24,390 nucleotides of DNA from Clostridia bacterium (lineage in GTDB: Bacteria; Bacillota; Clostridia; Christensenellales; Aristaeellaceae), in NCBI GenBank assembly GCA_024404275.1, contig JAKSQG010000005.1, positions 1-24,390 on the forward strand. The letters run 5' to 3'. The translations under genes were made by a program, and so were the position numbers. Numbering within the stretch: the first letter of the stretch is position 1; each line of letters begins with the position of its first letter. Below the pieces are notes generated by a model that was given only the letters and a program-made list of their open reading frames with translations, had not been told where the DNA came from and did no database searches. This document shows positions 17,421 to 24,390 of the stretch, piece by piece.

Positions 17421-18590
17421 GTGAACTATCGGGTTACGGATGGGGTGCTGACGCTGTTTCCGCAAGGCCGGATCGACTCCGGCAATGCAGACAGCACGGA
17501 AAAGGAAATGCGGGCTGTGTGCGTGGCAAACGCCGTCCCGGGACTCATACTTGACCTTGAAAAACTGGCGTATATCTCCAGCGCCGGGCTTCGGGTGGTG
17601 CTGCGGCTGCGCAAGGACTATCCTGAAATGAAAATGATCAATGCTTCCGCCGAAGTATATGACATTCTGGATATGACCGGTTTTACCGAAATGATCCCGG
17701 TGAGCAAGGCGTATCGCCGCCTGAGCATTGAGGGATGCGAGATGATCGGTCAGGGGGCAAACGGCACGGTATACCGTCTGGATGGGGAGACCGTGATCAA
17801 GGTGTACCGCCATGCCGACAGCTTGCCGGAAATCCGGAGAGAAAGAGAACTTGCCCGCAAGGCATTCGTGGCAGGTCTGCCGACTGCTATCCCCTATGAT
17901 GTGGTACGTGTCGGGGAGGGCTATGGCTCGGTGTTTGAAATGCTGAATGCCGGTTCAGTGGCCGATATCCTCAAAAAGGAGCCATAGCGACTGCCGGAGT
18001 GCGCGCACATGATGACCACACTGCTGAAGAAGATCCATGCTACTGAGTTAAAGCCCGGGGAATTTCCCGATGCAAGGCAGACAGCCCTGGACTGGGCGGA
18101 TTTTTTGCAGGACCATCTTCCGCGTGAGCAGTATCAGAAGCTGCGTGGACTGATCGAGGCAGTGCCGCGGGATACGCATGTGCTGCATGGGGATTGTCAT
18201 GTGAAGAATGTGATGATCCAGAATGGGGAGACGCTGCTGATTGACATGGACACCCTGTGTCAGGGGCATCCGGTGTTTGAGTTTGCGGCGATCTATATCG
18301 ATTATCAGGGATACGGCGAACTGAATTCCGAAGATGTCACGACATTTTTCGGCATCCCTCATGAAATCTGCGCGGAATTGATGCGTTTGATCATTGTAGA
18401 GTATTTTGAACTGAAAGAGGAAGCCGCCTACCGCGCAATACTGGACAAGGCGCGCGTAATCGGCTATGCACGGCTGATGCGCCGTACCATCCGCCGGATG
18501 GGGCATACGGAACAAGGAAAGCAGCTGGCTGCCTACTACGCAGAGCGGCTGACGGAGCTGCTGGACTGTGTGGATTCACTGACATTTTAA
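17421..18590 (+). CDS. STAS (anti-sigma-antagonist-like) domain fused to an APH/protein-kinase-fold domain, read through in-frame TAG 17985-17987
   Basis: Track ORFs 17421-17987 and 18009-18590 share a frame. STAS motif LAYISSAGLRVVL. Kinase N-lobe IGQGANGTVYRL..VIKVY lies before the TAG. Catalytic HGDCHVKNVMI and LIDMD lie after it. GTG start with GGGAAGGGAG upstream. Stop TAA. Confidence 0.7.
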
Positions 18591-18607
18591 AGAAAGAAGG
18601 ATCGAAT

Positions 18608-18904
18608 ATGAACATTACCAAGAATCAGAACGGCGAACTGCTTGAAATGGCGCTGGAAGGACGACTGGATACGGTGACCTCTCCCAAGCTTGAAAAGGAA
18701 CTGAGCACTTCTCTGAACGGCATCAAGGAATTGGTGTTCGATTTTGCCAAGCTTGAGTATGTTTCCTCCGCCGGTCTGCGTGTACTGCTGACGGCGCAGA
18801 AGGTGATGAATACACAGGGCAGCATGAAGGTGTGCCATGTGAATGAAAACATCATGGAAGTATTTGAAATTACCGGCTTTGCGGATGTGCTGACCATTGA
18901 ATAA
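18608..18904 (+). CDS. STAS-domain protein (RsbV/SpoIIAA-like anti-sigma factor antagonist)
   Basis: 98 aa with LEYVSSAGLRVLL (phosphorylatable-Ser motif). GAAGGA upstream of the ATG. Stop TAA. Confidence 0.9.
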   Translation: MNITKNQNGELLEMALEGRLDTVTSPKLEKELSTSLNGIKELVFDFAKLEYVSSAGLRVLLTAQKVMNTQGSMKVCHVNENIMEVFEITGFADVLTIE

Positions 18905-18946
18905 GCAGCGGGACAACTCGTAGCATCGGCAAGGGAGATATGGAGA

Positions 18947-19762
18947 ATGACGACGGAAGAACTGCTGAAAACGGTGGAAGAGATTCATGTGCCTTTGGAG
19001 GACACCTACCTGAATGTCATCCGCTTTGGACGTGGAAAAAAAGTGCTTGCGTTGCTTTCGGGTGTCAGCCTGTGCGGTCTGGAGGGAGCGGGAGCAGGCG
19101 TTGCGGCTGCTTACGCCGATTTTGCGGAGGAGTATACGGTTTATCTGTTCGACCGCAAAAAGCTGCTGCCAAAGGGCTATCAGGTGGCGGACATGGCGGA
19201 GGATGTTTATCGGGTGCTCTGCACCTTTGGCATTCAGGAAGCCGACGTGTACGGCGTCTCCCAGGGCGGCATGATGGGACTCAGCCTGGCACTGGCGCAC
19301 CCCGGTCTGGTGCGGAAGCTGGCACTGTGTTCTACCCAGGCTCGGGCGGGAAGCGTCATGCGTTAGACCGTTGCCGAGTGGCTGCAATATGCCAGACGAG
19401 GGGACACAGCAGGCATTCAGCGTTGCTTTGCGGAAAAAGTCTACTCACCGGCTTACCGTGAAAAGTACGCATCGGCTTTCCGGGCTATGGAGCAGCAGGG
19501 ATCGGCTGAAGACTGCGCCCGTTTTGTGGTATAGGCGGAGGCATGCCTCACTTTTTGCGTTTATGAAGAGCTGGACCGGATCCATTGTCCCGCGCTGGTG
19601 CTGGCGGATGTGAATGACCGTGTGATCGACGTGTCCTCTGCCCGGGAGCTGGCGCATGGGTTGAACTGCCCGCTGCAGTTGTATGATCAATACAGCCACG
19701 CGGTGTTTGATGAAGCGCCCGAAGTAAAACAGCGGGTGCTGAACTTCCTGCGGCAGGAATGA
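18947..19762 (+). CDS. Alpha/beta-fold hydrolase (RsbQ-like size and context), read through two in-frame TAG codons (19364-19366, 19532-19534)
   Basis: Track ORF 18947-19366 carries the nucleophile elbow YGVSQGG. The same frame continues through both TAGs to ..CPALVLADVNDRVI..LYDQYSHAVFDEAPE..FLRQE and TGA 19760-19762. That supplies the Asp and His of a catalytic triad. The merged protein is 271 aa. Confidence 0.75.
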
Positions 19763-19826
19763 ATTCCGCGGCGGAGCGTTTAAGCAACGGTGCGGATAGA
19801 ACAATGCGTTACAGGAGTTGATCTTT

Positions 19827-21617
19827 ATGAAGCTGCCGCTGCAACGGCATCCAAAGGAATCCTACAGTACCATGACGCGGGCAGTACTGTGGCAGAATGA
19901 AATAGAAGCCAACCGACTGACCACGGTTTTTATGTGCATCTGTTCGGCGGTCATGGCACTCAGTATGCTGCTGACGGCTGTTGGTATTTTTACGGAGAAT
20001 GCGCAGACAGTGTATACCACGGGCATCGCGACGATCGTGTGGCATATGCTGCCGTGCCTGGTGAGCTTTCGATACAAATACGCAAAGCCGTGGCTGAAGA
20101 ACCTGCTGCTGGCGGGGTTGATTCTGGGACAGGCACGATTGGACTGCGGGCTGGGTTTCAATACGGCACTTTCCATACTGATTCCGGTTGTGTTCAGTAC
20201 GCGGTATTACTCCCGAAAGTTTACGCTTTCCGTGGCTGCCATTACGACCGTGGTGTTTTCTGTCACGACCTATCTGGGCGCTGCGACGGGCTTTACCCCG
20301 GTGGATAAAAATATTCTTCTGGAAGCGTCCCGGTATGCGCATGATGTCATGATGACCAGCTTTCTTCCCAAGTGGTTTTTATTTGCGGTCATCTCGGCTG
20401 TGTGCGCGGAGGTTGCCCACTGGGGGCGTGCTATGGTTGAAAAGCAGGCCGTCATCAGTCAGGAGCATAGCCGTGTGGAAACGGAGCTGCATACGGCAAC
20501 CCAGATTCAGTTGAAATCGCTTCCCGATGTGAAAACGCTGTGCGAAGGACATGAGGCTCCCTTTGAACTGGCGACCAGCATCCTTCCGGCCAAAGAGGTC
20601 GGCGGCGATTTTTACGATTTCTTCTATGTTGACCCAACGCACCTGGCATTGGTCATTGCAGATGTTTCCGGCAAAGGCGTGCCGGCAGCGCTGTTTATGA
20701 TGGTTTCTAAAATCCTGCTGGATAACAGCGCTTCCGCAGGGCGAACGCCCGGCAAGGTGCTGACGATGGTCAACCATCAGCTTTGCGAAAAAAACATCAT
20801 TGACATGTTTGTGACAGTGTGGCTGGGCATCATCGACTTGACCACCGGCGAAATTGTCAGTGCCAACGCGGGACATGAGAACCCCATCATTTGTCGTAAG
20901 GACGGCACTGTGGAAGTCATCCGTACCAAGCACGGCATGGTGCTGGGCGGCATGGAAGGCATGCGTTACCGGGATGAAACCCTTCAGCTGCACCCCGGCG
21001 ATACGCTGTTTGTGTATACAGACGGCATCCCCGAAGCGCACAACAGCGCCGCGCAGATGTATGGCATGGAACGACTGGTTTCGGTGCTGACAGGCAAAAC
21101 ACAGATGAATGCGCAGGCCCTTGTGGACTTGGTGAAGCAGGATGTGAATGCTTTTGCCGGTTAGGCACCGCCGTTTGACGACTCGACCATGCTGGCGATT
21201 CGCCTGAATGGCCTTGTGAAGCGGGAGGGACTGCAGATTCGTCCCGACACGGCATCGGTCAGCACCGTGCAGGAGTATGTTGCGCAGGCAATGGAGCAAG
21301 CCGACATTCCCATGAAGCAGGCCACCAAGGTCAACATCGCATTGGATGAAATGTACAGCAACATTGTGCATTACAGCGGAGCGGGCTGGGCAGAGGTGAT
21401 CTGCCGGGCTGACAAAAGCGGGGTCACGCTCATCTTGCGGGATAACGGCGTGCCGTTCGATCCGCTGCAGAATGCCGCCCCTGACATCAATCAGAGCGCG
21501 GAAGAGCGCCGCATCGGCGGCCTTGGCGTGTTTATGACCCGCAAGATGATGGACGAGATGTGCTACCGCTATGCGGACGGATGCAATGAACTGACTATGA
21601 CGCTGAAGATCAGCTGA
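19827..21617 (+). CDS. Membrane-anchored PP2C (RsbU/SpoIIE-type) phosphatase fused to an RsbW/SpoIIAB-like HATPase domain, read through in-frame TAG 21162-21164
   Basis: Track ORFs 19818-21164 and 21189-21617 share a frame. N-terminal multi-TM region. PP2C motifs EVGGDFYDFF, ADVSGKGVPAALFM and VYTDGIPEA lie before the TAG; [TAG]APPFDDSTMLAIRL follows it. Then HATPase N-box DEMYSNIV, DNGVPFDP and GGLGVFM. AGGAG lies 9 nt before ATG 19827. Stop TGA. Confidence 0.75.
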
Positions 21618-21653
21618 GCATAAACAATCAAAAAACGATCAGGAGGAACGAAA

Positions 21654-22349
21654 ATGCAAAAACCCGATATGCTGGAAAACAACCTTCGAATCATGGAAGT
21701 GGTGGAAAAGGAACTGAACCGCCGCAAGGGGGAGGCGACATTCTGCTTCTCTGTCTTTCTGGCGGCAACCTCGGTGTGGGTCATGCTGGTGGAATTGTGG
21801 CGGCTGCTTGGAAAACCCATTCCGCTGCCCAAGATGACCTACGGTGTGGAGATCATCGCCATTCTGATGTTTATCCTGACCCAGACCAAAACAAAACTGA
21901 AGCTGAAGGACCTGGGCTTTGGTTTCAAAAACATCAAAACAAGCCTGATCCGTGCCGGCATTATTTCGGCAGTGGTTGCGGCGATCATGCTGGCGGCCAA
22001 GATTTTTGTCAAGCCGGGTGCTCCGGGAACGCCGTTCTTTGACTGGTCCCGTACCGATCCTTTCTATCCGCTTACCAGCATTCTGCAGGAGTTTTTGGCC
22101 CGCGGATTTTTGCTGACCTGCCTGATGAGCATTTACGATACCGAGAAGAAAAAGCATATCTCGGTGATCTTGTCCTCACTGCTTTTCACGGCACTGCATC
22201 TGCAGTACGGCTTCTTGTTTATGGTCGGCGCCGGCATCCTCTCCGTCATTCTGGGCTATGTGTATATCAAGGATGAAAACATTTGGGGCGTCAGCATCAT
22301 TCACTTTGTCTTCGGTACACTGGGCACCGCGCTGGCGTTAGCCGCGTAA
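21654..22349 (+). CDS. CPBP-family (CAAX/Abi-type) intramembrane metalloprotease
   Basis: Multi-TM protein with EFLARGF (EExxxR-like), FTALHL and HFVFG motifs. AGGAGG RBS. Stop TAA. Confidence 0.85.
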   Translation: MQKPDMLENNLRIMEVVEKELNRRKGEATFCFSVFLAATSVWVMLVELWRLLGKPIPLPKMTYGVEIIAILMFILTQTKTKLKLKDLGFGFKNIKTSLIRAGIISAVVAAIMLAAKIFVKPGAPGTPFFDWSRTDPFYPLTSILQEFLARGFLLTCLMSIYDTEKKKHISVILSSLLFTALHLQYGFLFMVGAGILSVILGYVYIKDENIWGVSIIHFVFGTLGTALALAA

Positions 22350-22498
22350 TGCGGTAACGGTGCACTTTTGGTACAGGTCGGGTGTTATATTGTATGCGTG
22401 AAATCGGGAAACACGGCGAACAAAAATGAGTGCCGTAACCGATGGAATGATCCGCGTGAACCTTAAGGATCGAAACAATTACAAGGAGGACTTGACCT

Positions 22499-23104
22499 AT
22501 GAAAAAGTTGATTGCTGTAATGATGACCCTGGTGATGCTGCTGTGCAGCGTATCTGCTATGGCTGAAATGGCCGGCGGTTGGATGATTCCCGAAAATACC
22601 GAACTGACCGAGGAAGCGCTGGCCGCGTTCAAGGGCGCTGTTGGTGAGAATGCCGAAATGAACCCTGAACTGGTGCTTGGCACTCAGGTGGTGGCCGGTG
22701 TGAACTATGCCATTCTGGCTTCCGCTCCTGCCGGTATTGAGATCGTTTATGTGTACCACAGCGTCTCCGGCGAAGACCAGCTGCTGCGTGAACAGCTTGT
22801 GCTGCCCATGGGTGAAGGGATGATGGGTGCCTGGCAGCAGTTCACCGATGAGGAGTCTGTGGAGATTGCCGCTCAGCAGATCACTGCCGCCATGGAAGGC
22901 CTGACCGGTATCGGTCTCACGGAATGCTATCTGCTGGGTCAGCAGGTGGTGAACGGCACGAACTATGCTGTGCTGGGCCGCAAGGTGACCGTGACCGCCG
23001 AACCCGTGGAAGGTTGGGTGCTGATGACCGTGAATGTGGACCTTGAAGGTCATGCTGTCATCAACGACATTCAAGACATCGTGCTGAGCGCGTCTGCGGA
23101 CTGA
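22499..23104 (+). CDS. Secreted protein with two tandem cystatin-like repeats (function tentative)
   Basis: AAGGAGG RBS. Signal peptide MKKLIAVMMTLVMLLCSVSAMA. Repeat 1 is GGW...LGTQVVAGVNYAIL and repeat 2 is GAW...LGQQVVNGTNYAVL. Stop TGA. Confidence 0.8.
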   Translation: MKKLIAVMMTLVMLLCSVSAMAEMAGGWMIPENTELTEEALAAFKGAVGENAEMNPELVLGTQVVAGVNYAILASAPAGIEIVYVYHSVSGEDQLLREQLVLPMGEGMMGAWQQFTDEESVEIAAQQITAAMEGLTGIGLTECYLLGQQVVNGTNYAVLGRKVTVTAEPVEGWVLMTVNVDLEGHAVINDIQDIVLSASAD

Positions 23105-23115
23105 CCGGCAACTGC

Positions 23116-23162
23116 AAAAAAGGGCCTGCCCACAACGAGGGGCAAGGCCCTTCTTTTGTTTT
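23116..23162 (+). terminator. Rho-independent terminator
   Basis: AGGGCC(T)GCCC-loop-GGGCAAGGCCCT hairpin followed by TCTTTTGTTTT. Confidence 0.7.
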
Positions 23163-23298
23163 GAAGAAAGTGAAAAACGTGGAAAAAAATAAAAAAACGT
23201 TAGCTTTTTGGTACACTTTTGGAGCGGAATTCAAGGGGGCATGTGCTATAATCATGCCGATGAATCGAAATTCATTTTCGAAAAGGAGATGTTCTACG

Positions 23299-23883
23299 AT
23301 GAAAAAAACGCTCTCTGTCCTGTTGGTTATGATTCTGTTGGTTTCCGCGATTCCCTTCAGCGGCCTCGCCATGGAAAACCCTTTCGGTGAAGCCTGGGTC
23401 AAAACTGCCAATGGCAAAACCGTCAATGCCCGCCGCACCCCCACCACGAATGCGGACAACATTATCTATGAGCTGCCCTACGGCTTCAAGGTGATGATCA
23501 TCGGCTATGAAAAGAATGCCCAGTGGGCGCTGTGCGATATCGGTAATGGCGTGAACGCGTACATCATGACCCGCTATCTGTCCCGCACCAATCCCGGCAA
23601 AAAGCCCACCCCCACCGTGACTCCCCAGCCGACCGCCAAGCCCGAAACGATCGACTACAGCTCCTTCAGGTATGTGACTCCCTACACCGCGTATGTACGT
23701 CCCAGCAGCCCCACCGGTTTTGTCAATCTGCGTTGGGCGCCCAGCAAGTCCGTTCAGGTCATTGCCATCTATTATCAGGGCAGCCCGCTGACGGTCATCG
23801 CTCAGGGCCACAACTGGTGTCAGGTGCGTGACGAAGTCAACGGCTTTACCGGATTTATGATGAGCTCTTTCCTGACCCGCTGA
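23299..23883 (+). CDS. Secreted protein with two bacterial SH3-like domains joined by a Pro/Thr linker
   Basis: GGAG lies 10 nt before ATG 23299 (the track ORF starts at 23161). Signal peptide MKKTLSVLLVMILLVSAIPFSGLA. Two repeats of the type ..V(N)AR..P....VI..L..G..V.. ..W..V. Linker NPGKKPTPTVTPQPTAKPE. Stop TGA. Confidence 0.85.
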   Translation: MKKTLSVLLVMILLVSAIPFSGLAMENPFGEAWVKTANGKTVNARRTPTTNADNIIYELPYGFKVMIIGYEKNAQWALCDIGNGVNAYIMTRYLSRTNPGKKPTPTVTPQPTAKPETIDYSSFRYVTPYTAYVRPSSPTGFVNLRWAPSKSVQVIAIYYQGSPLTVIAQGHNWCQVRDEVNGFTGFMMSSFLTR

Positions 23884-23913
23884 AACTGACTGTTTATCAA
23901 GGAGGAACAAACA

Positions 23914-24390
23914 ATGAAAAAGCTGTTTGCTGTTGTGCTGGCACTGATGCTGGCGATGACCGCTTCCCTTTCCCTGGCAGAAGGCACTGTTGTGCAGATG
24001 GGTGCGAACTATGATATCACCATCGATGTGCCCGCCGGCTATACGATGAACAAAATTCTCTCCGGCAGTCTGGTCATGGCGGATTTTGAGCCTGCCGATG
24101 CCGCTGCCGCAAAGTACACCCTGGTGATCGAGTACAGCGAGGAGTTTGGCGATTACATCCTCAACGACCTGACCGCCGAGGAAACGGCCCAGATGAAGGA
24201 AATGCTGACGGCGGACTTTGCCGATGCAGTTGTTACTTTCCCCACGACCAAGGCCGGTACCAAGCTGATCCAGATCGATGAGCAGGGCTCCGAAAGCGAA
24301 TATGGCTTCGTCCTGACCATCTATCATGGCTATTTTGTCCAGATCACGCTGACCAAGGCGAACGGCGTACAGCTGACCGCCGAAGAGTAT
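23914..24390 (+). CDS. Secreted protein of unknown function; 3' end off-window
   Basis: AAGGAGG RBS at ~23899-23905. ATG 23914. Signal peptide MKKLFAVVLALMLAMTASLSLA. The frame is open to the window end, so it is absent from the ORF track (no stop). Confidence 0.8.
   Translation, partial: MKKLFAVVLALMLAMTASLSLAEGTVVQMGANYDITIDVPAGYTMNKILSGSLVMADFEPADAAAAKYTLVIEYSEEFGDYILNDLTAEETAQMKEMLTADFADAVVTFPTTKAGTKLIQIDEQGSESEYGFVLTIYHGYFVQITLTKANGVQLTAEEY

Noticed and set aside
238-21164. Pyrrolysine as the explanation for the in-frame TAGs
   Set aside because: The affected genes are ordinary signalling and hydrolase genes rather than methylamine methyltransferases. There are seven sites in about 24 kb with no shared downstream context, and TAG is not used as a terminator here. 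Pyl-type expansion normally coexists with TAG termination. It is not formally excluded without the rest of the genome (pylTSBCD search).
238-21164. Pseudogenes or sequencing errors as the explanation for the in-frame TAGs
   Set aside because: Decay or error would produce a mix of TAA, TGA, TAG and frameshifts. Here all seven lesions are TAG, the frames are otherwise intact across hundreds of codons, and one read-through frame ends in a precise ATGA overlap with the next gene. The one real frameshift in the window (about 4041) is reported separately.
23161-23298. Upstream extension of the SH3 protein ORF (start at 23161)
   Set aside because: The extension overlaps the terminator tail and promoter-like sequence. 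The internal ATG 23299 has a GGAG RBS and is followed immediately by a signal peptide.
400-24327. Other long antisense ORFs (400-1167, 1034-2020, 5169-6236, 9573-10544, 10912-11700, 14601-15632, 18587-19387, 20379-21371, 22463-23074, 23272-24327)
   Set aside because: Each overlaps a motif-bearing gene on the opposite strand. They have Arg/His/Gly-rich, unprotein-like composition and lack RBSs.
1-24390. CRISPR arrays, IS elements/transposases, integrases, prophage genes, rRNA/tRNA genes
   Set aside because: Reading both strands by eye, I found no spaced direct-repeat arrays, no terminal inverted repeats flanking a transposase-like ORF, and no recombinase motifs. Absence by eye is not proof.

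Overview
Chromosomal segment that looks like a strictly anaerobic Firmicutes/Clostridia-type bacterium (my guess, from gene content and GGAGG-type ribosome-binding sites). I call 21 protein genes and saw no rRNA, tRNA, CRISPR array or mobile element. Left to right: (1) the 3' part of a large STAND/TPR-like signalling protein and a lipoprotein; (2) an HTH regulator, a Ser/Thr kinase and an LRR protein chained by ATGA start/stop overlaps; (3) a secreted protein; (4) a long minus-strand block of a LysR regulator, adhE, an APH-fold kinase, then a four-gene hfsABCD-like cluster (small 2Fe-2S protein, PAS-containing sensory [FeFe] hydrogenase HydS, PP2C phosphatase, second [FeFe] hydrogenase homologue); (5) a VanZ/S11 carboxypeptidase fusion; (6) a partner-switching-like module (STAS-kinase fusion, STAS protein, RsbQ-like alpha/beta hydrolase, membrane PP2C fused to an RsbW-like ATPase, CPBP protease); (7) secreted proteins, including one with two cystatin-like QVVAG repeats and a double-SH3 protein. 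The main observation is that seven in-frame TAG codons interrupt five otherwise intact genes, several of them inside a single recognisable domain. None of the 21 genes ends at TAG (10 TAA, 11 TGA by my count). This pattern fits TAG being read as an amino acid (a non-standard genetic code) better than it fits pseudogenes. I therefore report those genes as merged read-through CDSs and list the standard-code fragments in the evidence. All domain calls come from motif recognition by eye; no database search was possible.
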